Shown here piece after piece: positions 56,480-64,000 of a DNA stretch of 64,000 bases. The notes beneath the pieces are model-generated. The model made no database searches and had not been told where the DNA came from. It saw nothing but the letters and a program-made list of their open reading frames with translations. The DNA lies in contig JBOEFZ010000014.1 in assembly GCA_050633165.1 (NCBI GenBank), forward strand, positions 3,655-67,654, read 5' to 3'. Made by a program: the position numbers and the translations under genes. Within the stretch, counting starts at the first letter, position 1. Each line of letters opens with the position of its first letter. The DNA comes from Alphaproteobacteria bacterium (lineage in GTDB: Bacteria; Pseudomonadota; Alphaproteobacteria; Micavibrionales; Micavibrionaceae).

Positions 56480-56569
56480 TTTTATAACCACCAAGACACC
56501 AAGTCACAAAGGTTTTTTATGAAATAATTAAAAGAATCCTTGGTGTCTTGGCGCCTTGGTGGTTAAACC
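56480..56569. repeat. complete word-repeat hairpin (8 nt words) filling the aspS/rnd divergent intergenic region
   Basis: The left arm is aaccaccaag/acaccaag/tcacaaag. The loop is AT-rich. The right arm is ccttggtg/tcttggcg/ccttggtg. The element ends 6 nt from each start codon. Confidence 0.85.
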
Positions 56570-56575
56570 TTATAC

Positions 56576-57727
56576 ATGCTTATTACATCACAAAAGGCGC
56601 TTGAGGAATTTTGCGCGGGGTTACGATCCGAAACATTCCTGACCGTGGATACCGAGTTTTTGCGGGAGAAGACTTATTATCCCAAGCTTTGCCTTGTGCA
56701 GATCGGGGCGGCAGATGGACGCGCGGCGGCGGTTGATCCGTTGGCGGAAGGGATTGATTTGGCGCCGGTTTATGATTTGCTGTTTAACCCTGATATTTTG
56801 AAGATATTTCATGCCGCGCGGCAGGATTTGGAGATATTTTATAATCTTACCGGCAAAGTTCCTGCGCCTTTGTTTGATACGCAGATTGCGGCGATGGTTT
56901 GCGGGTATGGCGAGCAGGTTGGCTATGAGGCGTTGGTGCGCGACATTACGGATGGAAATATTGATAAGAGCGTGCAATATACGAATTGGTCGGTGCGGCC
57001 ATTGTCGGATGTGCAGGTTGAGTATGCGCTTGGCGATGTTACGCATTTGGTGAAGATTTACGAGCATTTGCGGGATAAATTGGAGGCGCGTGGGCGGACG
57101 CATTGGGTGTTTGAGGAAGAGGCCGTTTTGAACGATCCGGCGACCTACGCCGCGCCGGTTGAGGATGTGTGGCAGCGGGTGAAGGTGAAATCGCCCAAAC
57201 CCCAGACTTTGGCGGTGTTAAAGGCATTGGCGGCGTGGCGCGAAGTGCGGGCGCGGAAGAAGGATATTCCGAAGAATTGGGTGATGCGGGATGAAACCTT
57301 GGCGGATATGGCGGCGCGTTGCCCCAAAGATGTTAAGGGATTGAAGAAAATTCGCAATATGAGCGACAAAGTCGCGGAGGGAAACTCCGGTGCAGAGATA
57401 TTAAAGCTTATTAAGGATGCGTTGGCGAGTGATCCGGCGGGGTGGCCGGCGGTTACGAAGAAAAAACCGCCCTCTGCGCGCGTGACAGCGATTACAGAAA
57501 TTTTGCGGATGCTGTTGAAAATTCGTGCGGCAGAAGAGGGGGTTGCCGCGAAGTTGATTGCAACGCCGGCGGATCTTGAGGGGGTGGCGAAGGATGATGC
57601 GGCGGATGTTGCCGTGCTATCGGGTTGGCGACGGGAAATTTTCGGCGAGGATGCGCTGCGCCTTAAGAATGGTGAAATTGCGATTGGGCTTAAGGATGGT
57701 AGGATTGCGGTGATTGAAACTTCATAA
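56576..57727 (+). CDS. rnd: ribonuclease D
   Basis: DEDD exonuclease motifs (VDTEF, LVQI, HAARQDLE, YALGDVTHL) and an HRDC-like C-terminal region are present. Confidence 0.9.
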   Translation: MLITSQKALEEFCAGLRSETFLTVDTEFLREKTYYPKLCLVQIGAADGRAAAVDPLAEGIDLAPVYDLLFNPDILKIFHAARQDLEIFYNLTGKVPAPLFDTQIAAMVCGYGEQVGYEALVRDITDGNIDKSVQYTNWSVRPLSDVQVEYALGDVTHLVKIYEHLRDKLEARGRTHWVFEEEAVLNDPATYAAPVEDVWQRVKVKSPKPQTLAVLKALAAWREVRARKKDIPKNWVMRDETLADMAARCPKDVKGLKKIRNMSDKVAEGNSGAEILKLIKDALASDPAGWPAVTKKKPPSARVTAITEILRMLLKIRAAEEGVAAKLIATPADLEGVAKDDAADVAVLSGWRREIFGEDALRLKNGEIAIGLKDGRIAVIETS

Positions 57728-57748
57728 ACGTCATTGCGGGGATAACAG

Positions 57749-58303
57749 ATGAAACAGCTTTATATACTTAGGCATGCGCAGGCGGCGGGGACGCCGGTGG
57801 GCGGGACGGATAAGGATCGGGAGCTTACGGCGCAGGGGGTGAGCGATGCAAAAGCGCTAGGGGCGGCCATGGCGGCGGCGGAATTTTTGCCGGAATTGGT
57901 GTTATGCTCTCCGGCGGTGCGGACGCGGCAGACTTTGCGCAGCGCCTTGGCGGCTTTAGAAGAAATAAGCGGTATTTCGCCCGTGATTGAATATCCGGAA
58001 GCGCTTTATAATGCGCCGCAGGGGGATTATAAAGCGGCATTGCAGGGGGTGGTGGCGGATGTCGCCTCGGTTTTTCTGGTCGGGCATAATCCGGGGATAC
58101 ATGCGCTGGCGGCGAGCTTGGTGAATGAGGATCATCCTTCGATGGTGAGCCGATTGGCGGCGGGATATGCGCCGGGGACATTGAGCGCGATACGGTGTGA
58201 TATTGCCGATTGGAGAGATTTACAGCCGTATGAGAATGGCTTAATCGCGATATTGGAGGCGACGGAGTATAATGGGACGGATCGTCCGACGCGGTGGATG
58301 TAG
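57749..58303 (+). CDS. SixA-like histidine phosphatase
   Basis: The N-terminal LYILRHAQA (RHx catalytic motif), SPAVRTRQT and VGHNPG are present. Confidence 0.7.
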   Translation: MKQLYILRHAQAAGTPVGGTDKDRELTAQGVSDAKALGAAMAAAEFLPELVLCSPAVRTRQTLRSALAALEEISGISPVIEYPEALYNAPQGDYKAALQGVVADVASVFLVGHNPGIHALAASLVNEDHPSMVSRLAAGYAPGTLSAIRCDIADWRDLQPYENGLIAILEATEYNGTDRPTRWM

Positions 58304-58406
58304 GCTGTAATCGTTTCATTGTGAGCGTCGTCAAATTTCACCTCATGTGGATTTACCACATTTCAGCTCATTTTCCTCGTCACACTAAAACGCTTTTTGC
58401 CTATGC

Positions 58407-58515
58407 TTTTTTAACCACAGAATGCACAGAGTTTAAAAAGAAACCATAGAGATTTTCCCTCTGCGCCCTCAAAATTTCTCTGTGTTTTCTGTGGTTATTT
58501 TTTGCCTGCGGCGCT
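58407..58515. repeat. word-repeat hairpin (aaccacagaa/tgcacagag ... ctctgtgtt/ttctgtggtt) ending in the TGCCTGCGGCGCT box
   Basis: The box lies at 58503-58515. The element sits between the convergent sixA-like and hdaA genes. Confidence 0.75.
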
Positions 58516-58516
58516 T

Positions 58517-59212
58517 TTATAGGTTTATGAGGACATCCCGAATAAGCGGTACGGTGACGGGGCGTTTTTGGGAGAGGGCCAGGGCGTCGGCGGCGGTTAC
58601 GATGTCTTTGGCGGCGGTGAAGGAGCGCTCCATGCGGGGGAGGATGTATTTTAGGACATCTGCGCCGATATTAATTTGGCGGTCGGCGAACATTTTTACG
58701 ATCACATTTTGCAACAAGGTTTCACATGGCGACATTATTACCGCATGTGGCGCGGCGCGCAGGCGGGATGCGAGGTCGGGGATGGTGAAATCTAGGTGTG
58801 AGGGGGCGCTGCGCATGGTTAGGAGCATGGTGCGTTGCTCTTCTTTGAAGATATTATAGAGATGGAAGAGCGTTTCTTCGGCTTCACGCGTGCCGATCCA
58901 TGGATCTATTCCATCGAGAAGGAGGGTTTCGCCCTGCGCTGCTATCTCTTCGGCGCTTTGGGTTGTTAGGGTTTCGGTGGGGATTGCGGTTGCGCCTGTG
59001 CGGGCTTGCCACACGGCGGCGAGGTGGGATTTTCCGGAGGCGGCGGGACCGGAGAGGATGAAGGATGGAGCGGACCAATCGGGCCAACGGTCGATCCAGC
59101 CGACGGCGGCTTCGTTGCTGGTCCCCACCATGAAATCTTCGCGCCCTTGCGCCACGCGGACGGGGAAGGCAAGTGGGATTTGCTCGGGGGTTGGACGGGT
59201 AGTTTGCTGCAT
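58517..59212 (-). CDS. hdaA: DnaA regulatory inactivator HdaA
   Basis: QIPLAFPV...REDFMVGTSNEAA..WIDRWPDW....FILSGPAASGKSHLAAVW matches the alphaproteobacterial Hda N-terminus and Walker A region. Confidence 0.8.
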   Translation of the reverse strand: MQQTTRPTPEQIPLAFPVRVAQGREDFMVGTSNEAAVGWIDRWPDWSAPSFILSGPAASGKSHLAAVWQARTGATAIPTETLTTQSAEEIAAQGETLLLDGIDPWIGTREAEETLFHLYNIFKEEQRTMLLTMRSAPSHLDFTIPDLASRLRAAPHAVIMSPCETLLQNVIVKMFADRQINIGADVLKYILPRMERSFTAAKDIVTAADALALSQKRPVTVPLIRDVLINL

Positions 59213-59219
59213 GAGGTAG

Positions 59220-59395
59220 TTTTAACGCGAAGTTACGAAGATGCGAAGGGTTTTGTTTTGGCGGCTGTTTTATTTCATTATTTGAACCACAACGAGCACG
59301 GTGAACACAACGATTTCATTACTTACGTCGATTTGGGCGCAATGTCTTTGTGGGCGTTGTGTGCGTGGTGGTTAACTCTTTTTGCCTGCGGCGCT
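59220..59395. repeat. 176 bp composite repeat, copy 1 (cgaag words + cacaac hairpin + TGCCTGCGGCGCT box)
   Basis: It is ~96% identical by eye to 60507-60682 and in the same orientation. It overlaps the 3' end of the permease ORF. Confidence 0.9.
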
Positions 59396-60501
59396 TTCTT
59401 TTTGCGGCGTGGTTTGCCCTTATATAGGGGGCTGGATTTGTATTGGGTTAGGGTGAAGGCGAGGAGCACGCCCGCGATGGCGGCGATGGGGACGGCGAGG
59501 AGCATGCCCAAGATGCCGAAAAGTGCGCCGCCCGCGAACAGGGCGAAGAAGATCCATAGCGGGTGGAGACCGACGGAATCGCCGACGATTTTGGGGCTTA
59601 GGAAATTGCCTTCGATGATTTGCCCGATGAGGAAAATTCCGGCGATGAGGGCGACATAGCCAAGATCGCCCGCTTGGAACCATGCGACGATGATGCTGGT
59701 GAACAGGCCTATGACAGAGCCGATCATGGGGATAACCGAGAGCAAGCCCGCCATAAGGCCGATGAGGAAGCCGTATTTAAGGCCAGCGATGGAGAGCGCG
59801 ATGGCATAAGCAATGGCGAGGATGAGGGCGACGCTGATTTGCCCCCTTACGAAGCCGGAGATTTTTGTGTCGATCTGGGCAAGCAGGTCTTTGATGGTGT
59901 TTTTGTGGTCGCGGGGCAAGAGATCCTCCACCCATTTGGTTATATGTTCCCATTCATTCATCATGAAATACGCCACCAGCGGGGTGATGACAAGAAGGGT
60001 TAGAACGTCGATGAAGGCCTGACCGCCCGCGGCGAGGCTGGCGATGAGTTTTTTGGCGATATTGGCGGCGGAATTAGTGTGCTCGCTCATCAAAGCTTTG
60101 AGGTCATCGCCATTGGATATGCCTAAGATGGATTGTAGCTTTCCGGTGTGCGGCTCGAGATAGGCCGTGAGGGATTCGATGTAGCGCGGGGCTTCGTCTA
60201 CAAGGGCGAGGCTTTGCTTATACAGCACGGGCAGGATGAGGGCGAATGATGTCCCCACAATTGCGATAAAGAGCAGCAGGATAATCAGTGCGGCGATTTT
60301 ACGCGGAATTTTGATACGGCCCAAGGCATGGACGAGCGGGTTGAGGAGGTAGGCGATGGCGAGGCCGAGGACGAAGGGGAGCAGGACGCCTTGGAAGATA
60401 TAGATGAAGGTGAAAAGCGCGAGGGTGGTGAGGCTCCAGAATATGGCTTGGGATTTTATGGTCATTGCTTTGGCCTTTTCTCGTCGGCTTAAATTGCTCA
60501 C
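59323..60501 (-). CDS. AI-2E family (PerM/YhhT-like) transporter; the last ~25 codons are encoded by the repeat
   Basis: A polytopic ~8 TM profile typical of the family is present. The tail ...KKAPQAKRVNHHAHNAHKDIAPKST is translated from repeat copy 1. Confidence 0.8.
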   Translation of the reverse strand: MSNLSRREKAKAMTIKSQAIFWSLTTLALFTFIYIFQGVLLPFVLGLAIAYLLNPLVHALGRIKIPRKIAALIILLLFIAIVGTSFALILPVLYKQSLALVDEAPRYIESLTAYLEPHTGKLQSILGISNGDDLKALMSEHTNSAANIAKKLIASLAAGGQAFIDVLTLLVITPLVAYFMMNEWEHITKWVEDLLPRDHKNTIKDLLAQIDTKISGFVRGQISVALILAIAYAIALSIAGLKYGFLIGLMAGLLSVIPMIGSVIGLFTSIIVAWFQAGDLGYVALIAGIFLIGQIIEGNFLSPKIVGDSVGLHPLWIFFALFAGGALFGILGMLLAVPIAAIAGVLLAFTLTQYKSSPLYKGKPRRKKKAPQAKRVNHHAHNAHKDIAPKST

Positions 60502-60506
60502 GTATT

Positions 60507-60682
60507 TTTTAACGCGAAGTTACGAAGATGCGAAGGGTTTTGTTTTGGCGGCTGTTTTATTTCATTATTTGAACCACAACGAGCACGGTGAACACAACGA
60601 TTTTTTGCTTACGTCGATTTGGGCACAATGTCTTTGTGGGCGTTGTGTGCGTGGTGATTAACTCTTTTTTGCCTGCGGCGCT
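60507..60682. repeat. 176 bp composite repeat, copy 2
   Basis: Direct repeat of 59220-59395, with about 5 substitutions and 2 single-base indels. Confidence 0.9.
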
Positions 60683-60692
60683 AGAATGTCGT

Positions 60693-61871
60693 TTAAAACG
60701 TCATGGGTTTGTATTGCGGTACGCCGCCTTTGGGGCGGAGGATGGTGGCGGTTTCGCCGTTGGGTAAGGTGGCTTGTTCAAGGATTAATCCATTTTGCCG
60801 CAGAGCCGTTACGATACGGCGCGAATCGCCCTGAAACACTAAGTCAGCGTTAACCTCGTTGGTGGTGAGGGCGTTGACGGTGATATCTTCGATGCCTTGT
60901 ACTTTCCGAAGGGTTTTTTGCATGCTCATCCAATCGGGGAGGCCGCCGATAGGGATGCGAACGGACAGGCGGTTTTGCGGGGCGGTGGCCTTGACCAAGG
61001 TGCGCGCCTTCCAGTCTTGCTTTAACGCGGATTTTACGCGCAGGACAGCGGCATCGTAAAGCTGGGTTTTGGATTGTACGCCGTTCGCGATGACGGAGAT
61101 TTGCTGCACCAATTCCGGTGCGCCACGGTCGGTGCGGTAGATTTCGACGGATAGCTCACCCTTTGCGACCGCATTTTGATTTGTGATATTATGCAGTGCA
61201 TCATCGGGGTGTGCGATGGCGATGACCGCTTCGGTGAGGCCGTAACGGTTTAGCATGTTATCGAGGTTTTCGGGGGACAGGCGAAGGGCTTTGTTATCTT
61301 CGACATCCTTAACATCTTCGAGATCACCGATGGGGAGGCGGATGGGCACAGCATCGCTTCCTTGCCCCATGCGCTTCCATGCGAGCATCCAATCATTATA
61401 GGGCGACCAGATTGTATTGGCGGTACCGCGTTGGAGGTAGGGGAGGATGAGGAGTGGGCGGCTGGATACTGTGCTGATGGTGGTTTCTTTTTTGGCGAAG
61501 AAATTACGGACAGCCTTATCATTGAAGCGGAAAGTATATGCGCCGACATAGCGAACGGCGGAGAGTTTTTCATTCAAAAGCTCGAAATCCTGAATCATAG
61601 GGGAGATGGCGAGTGGTGCGGGCAGTTCAAAGACTGCAAGCTCGCCCTCGGGGAGCATGCGGGTGGCGAGGGTTTCGAAAGCTTTGACTTGTGCTTCTTC
61701 GAAGGCTTTTTCGCGGGCGAGGATGGCGTTTTGTGCCGTCACGTCGACCTGAACATCTTCGATTGTGAAAATGGGGTCAATAGCATTCGGGGCGGCCTGC
61801 CCTTCAATTGCGGAAAAAACGCAGATCAGGGCTATACCAAGCCAGCAGAAAGCTTTATATAATTGAGCCAT
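60693..61871 (-). CDS. conserved exported protein (possibly DUF2066 family; assignment tentative)
   Basis: A signal peptide is present. It is divergent from purM, as in many proteobacteria. The family name is recalled from synteny, not from motifs. Confidence 0.45.
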   Translation of the reverse strand: MAQLYKAFCWLGIALICVFSAIEGQAAPNAIDPIFTIEDVQVDVTAQNAILAREKAFEEAQVKAFETLATRMLPEGELAVFELPAPLAISPMIQDFELLNEKLSAVRYVGAYTFRFNDKAVRNFFAKKETTISTVSSRPLLILPYLQRGTANTIWSPYNDWMLAWKRMGQGSDAVPIRLPIGDLEDVKDVEDNKALRLSPENLDNMLNRYGLTEAVIAIAHPDDALHNITNQNAVAKGELSVEIYRTDRGAPELVQQISVIANGVQSKTQLYDAAVLRVKSALKQDWKARTLVKATAPQNRLSVRIPIGGLPDWMSMQKTLRKVQGIEDITVNALTTNEVNADLVFQGDSRRIVTALRQNGLILEQATLPNGETATILRPKGGVPQYKPMTF

Positions 61872-61896
61872 AAACGAAAATTAATGGGTTTAGGTT

Positions 61897-62952
61897 ATGA
61901 AAGCAAATGAAAACAGTGCTTATAAGGAAGCGGGTGTCGATATTGATGCGGCGGCGGCCTTGGTCGAGGATATCAAACCGCACATCAAAAAAACGCATCG
62001 TAGCGGTGTGATGAGCGGGATTGGCGGGTTTGGTGCGTTATTTGACCTCAAGGAAACGGGGTATAAAGACCCAATTATGGTGTCGGGGACGGATGGTGTC
62101 GGCACGAAGATTAAAATCGCGATTGATAGCGGGATTCACGATACGATCGGGATTGATGCGGTGGCGATGTGTGTGAATGACATTATCGTACAAGGGGCAG
62201 AGCCTTTATTCTTCCTTGATTATTTTGCAACTGGGAAGTTGGAGAATGCGGTTGCCGAGGATGTGATTAAGGGCGTTGCGAAGGGGTGTGAGCTTTCGGG
62301 TTGCGCGCTTATCGGCGGGGAAACGGCGGAGATGCCGGGGCTTTATGCGGATGGTGATTATGATTTGGCGGGCTTTACCGTTGGTGCGGTGGAGCGGGAT
62401 CAGATGATTACCGGTGAGGCGATTGCAGATGGTGATGTAATTTTGGGACTTGCTTCGAGCGGGTTGCATTCGAACGGGTTTTCGTTGGTGCGGAAGATTT
62501 TGGCGGAAAATCCGGGTGTTTATGCGGAGAAAGATTTGCTGGAGCCAACGCGCCTTTACGTGAAGAGTGTTTTGGAGGCGCTGAAGATTAAAGATGAATC
62601 CGGCGCGGCGGCTATTCACGGGATGGCGCATATTACGGGTGGTGGATTGCTCGAGAATGTGCCGCGTGTGTTGCCAGAGGATGTGTGCGCGGTAATTGAT
62701 GTGGCGGCTTGGGAATTACCGCCTGTTTTCAAATGGTTGAAGGAAGCAGGCAACCTTAAACCTCACGATTTGGCGAGCACGCTCAATACGGGGATTGGCA
62801 TGGTTGTTATTTGCGATGCGGCGCATAAGGATGCTTTGATTGATAGCCTTGAGAGTAATGGGGAAGCGGTTTTTGAGATTGGATCAATTCAGAAACGAAA
62901 CGGATCGGAATTAAATTTACAGCTTGAGAATTTGGATGAGGTTTGGGGTTAG
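61897..62952 (+). CDS. purM: phosphoribosylformylglycinamidine cyclo-ligase
   Basis: Family motifs are present: [36 protein letters not shown] and HSNGFSL. Confidence 0.96.
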   Translation: MKANENSAYKEAGVDIDAAAALVEDIKPHIKKTHRSGVMSGIGGFGALFDLKETGYKDPIMVSGTDGVGTKIKIAIDSGIHDTIGIDAVAMCVNDIIVQGAEPLFFLDYFATGKLENAVAEDVIKGVAKGCELSGCALIGGETAEMPGLYADGDYDLAGFTVGAVERDQMITGEAIADGDVILGLASSGLHSNGFSLVRKILAENPGVYAEKDLLEPTRLYVKSVLEALKIKDESGAAAIHGMAHITGGGLLENVPRVLPEDVCAVIDVAAWELPPVFKWLKEAGNLKPHDLASTLNTGIGMVVICDAAHKDALIDSLESNGEAVFEIGSIQKRNGSELNLQLENLDEVWG

Positions 62953-62996
62953 TTTTTAACCACAGAATTCACAGAGAAGTAAAAGAAATCACGGAG
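62953..62996. repeat. half-copy of the word-repeat element (tttttaaccacagaattcacagag...)
   Basis: It has the same lead and words as 58407 and lies directly after the purM stop. Confidence 0.55.
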
Positions 62997-62997
62997 G

Positions 62998-63099
62998 TGT
63001 CATTGCGAGAAGCGTTAGCGACGAAGCAATCCAGCACCCATTCTAAACGATAATGCCGGAGATAGATTGCCGCGTCGGCTTCACCTCCTCGCAATGACG
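62998..63099. repeat. cgtcattgcgag-type MITE-like palindrome
   Basis: The termini are tgtcattgcgag...ctcgcaatgacg, with internal gcgacgaagcaatcca. Confidence 0.7.
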
Positions 63100-63115
63100 T
63101 ATAGGGAAAAACAAC

Positions 63116-63718
63116 ATGACACAGAAAATAAAAATTGCGGTTTTGATTTCCGGTGGGGGGAGTAATTTGAAGGCTTTGATTGATGCTTCGAAGGCGGGGG
63201 ATTATCCGGCGGAGATTGTTTGTGTGGCTTCTAATCGGCCTGATGCGGGCGGGTTGAGGCATGCGGAAGATGCGGGCATTCCGGCGCATATTGTGAATCA
63301 TAAAGAATATGACGGGCGGGAAGCGTTTGATGAAGCGTTGATTGAAGTGCTTGCGCCCTATGGTGTGGGTTTGGTTTGTTTGGCAGGGTTTATGCGGATT
63401 TTGACGCCGCGCTTTATTGATGCATATGAAGGGCGGATTTTGAATACGCACCCTTCCCTACTCCCGAAATTTGGCGGTGAGGGGATGTATGGCATGCATG
63501 TGCATAGCGCCGTTATTGACGCGGGTGAAAGCGTGAGCGGCGTCACCATTCACAAGGTCATATCCGAGGTTGATCGCGGGGAGATTGTACTGCAGCGCGA
63601 GGTACGGGTTGAGGATAAGGACACGCCGGACGCATTGGCGGCACGGGTGTTGCGCGAAGAGCATATTGGTTACCCGCTCGCAGTTAAGGCCATAGCAGAA
63701 AAAATGTTGAATTTTTAG
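63116..63718 (+). CDS. purN: phosphoribosylglycinamide formyltransferase
   Basis: Family motifs are present: AVLISG.GSNL, LAGFMRIL, NTHPSLLP and GVTIH.V...D.G.I. Confidence 0.95.
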   Translation: MTQKIKIAVLISGGGSNLKALIDASKAGDYPAEIVCVASNRPDAGGLRHAEDAGIPAHIVNHKEYDGREAFDEALIEVLAPYGVGLVCLAGFMRILTPRFIDAYEGRILNTHPSLLPKFGGEGMYGMHVHSAVIDAGESVSGVTIHKVISEVDRGEIVLQREVRVEDKDTPDALAARVLREEHIGYPLAVKAIAEKMLNF

Positions 63719-63760
63719 CGCTATCGCATAAAATTAAAAATAGGAACAAGGAACATAATC

Positions 63761-63904
63761 ATGGCAAAACAAGAAACCGTTAAAATTGATCCAAAAGAAT
63801 TAGAAAATGCAGAAAAGCTATGGGTTGCGTTTGGTGCAGCTTCGAAATGGACCATGATTTTGATTATCGTGGTTTTGAGCGGCTTGGGAATTGCATTTTT
63901 ATAA
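63761..63904 (+). CDS. small (47 aa) single-TM protein, possibly aa3-oxidase subunit IV-like
   Basis: The ATG has AAGGAA 7 nt upstream. The sequence ...EKLWVAFGAASKWTMILIIVVLSGLGIAFL resembles the short bacterial COX4 pattern. It is not in the ORF track because it is under 60 aa. Confidence 0.35.
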   Translation: MAKQETVKIDPKELENAEKLWVAFGAASKWTMILIIVVLSGLGIAFL

Positions 63905-64000
63905 CGCATTTCAATGGCTTACCGATCTTTTTTATTTCTATAATATAGCAACATATCCTTAACCTTTTTACGGCATACTGACCCTTGAGTAGATATGCGA

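Noticed and set aside
59006-59659. The 217 aa plus-strand ORF spanning the hdaA start, repeat copy 1 and the permease 3' end.
   Set aside because: It runs antisense to two well-supported genes and through a repeat element, so it is a spurious read-through frame.
63721-63909. The 62 aa minus-strand ORF downstream of purN.
   Set aside because: It has no Shine-Dalgarno and an implausible composition. It is fully overlapped by a plus-strand small ORF that has a good SD and a TM helix.

Overview
The window looks like a 64 kb stretch of an alphaproteobacterial chromosome. Lineage markers are the divK-pleD pair, hdaA, a DUF1849/EipB-like gene, an ATP12 chaperone, sdhCDAB, and the pyrB-plsY-dprA-topA-rnr-rpmG neighbourhood; I cannot assign a species. 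Most genes are housekeeping: pgi, mutL, crcB, rarA, nadA/nadC, sdhCDAB, msrB, asd, pyrB, plsY, dprA, topA, rnr, rpmG, aspS, rnd, purM/purN. By eye I found no rRNA, tRNA, CRISPR array, IS element or integrase.

Four things stand out:
1. An ~10.7 kb type IV filament locus (26968-37661). It has a lipoprotein-type secretin, a GspE/PilB ATPase, a GspF/PilC platform, GspL- and GspM-like proteins, a short A24 prepilin peptidase and a leading orphan receiver. Its only two pilin-like proteins lack the canonical Glu5. Its secretin-linker protein carries three Ig-like repeats. This is my best candidate for an undescribed system.
2. The normally compact sdhC-D-A-B operon is interrupted at two junctions by three AT-rich ORFs. 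One junction holds a GGDEF (GGDEI) protein plus a superinfection-immunity-family (PF14373-like) membrane protein. The other holds a membrane-anchored orphan wedged between sdhD and sdhA.
3. The intergenic space is dense with structured repeats. These include hairpins made of tandem 8-10 nt 'words', a recurring TGCCTGCGGCGCT box, cgtcattgcgag-type MITE-like palindromes, a pair of repeats that differ by compensatory changes, and a GIY-YIG cassette with perfect 23 bp hairpin termini between nadA and nadC. Two word hairpins fill entire divergent promoter regions, and two ~96% identical 176 bp copies bracket an AI-2E permease gene.
4. A degenerate GGDEF protein is followed by three helical orphan ORFs (51529-54642), next to divK-pleD.

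All functional calls rest on motif recognition by eye. No database search was possible.
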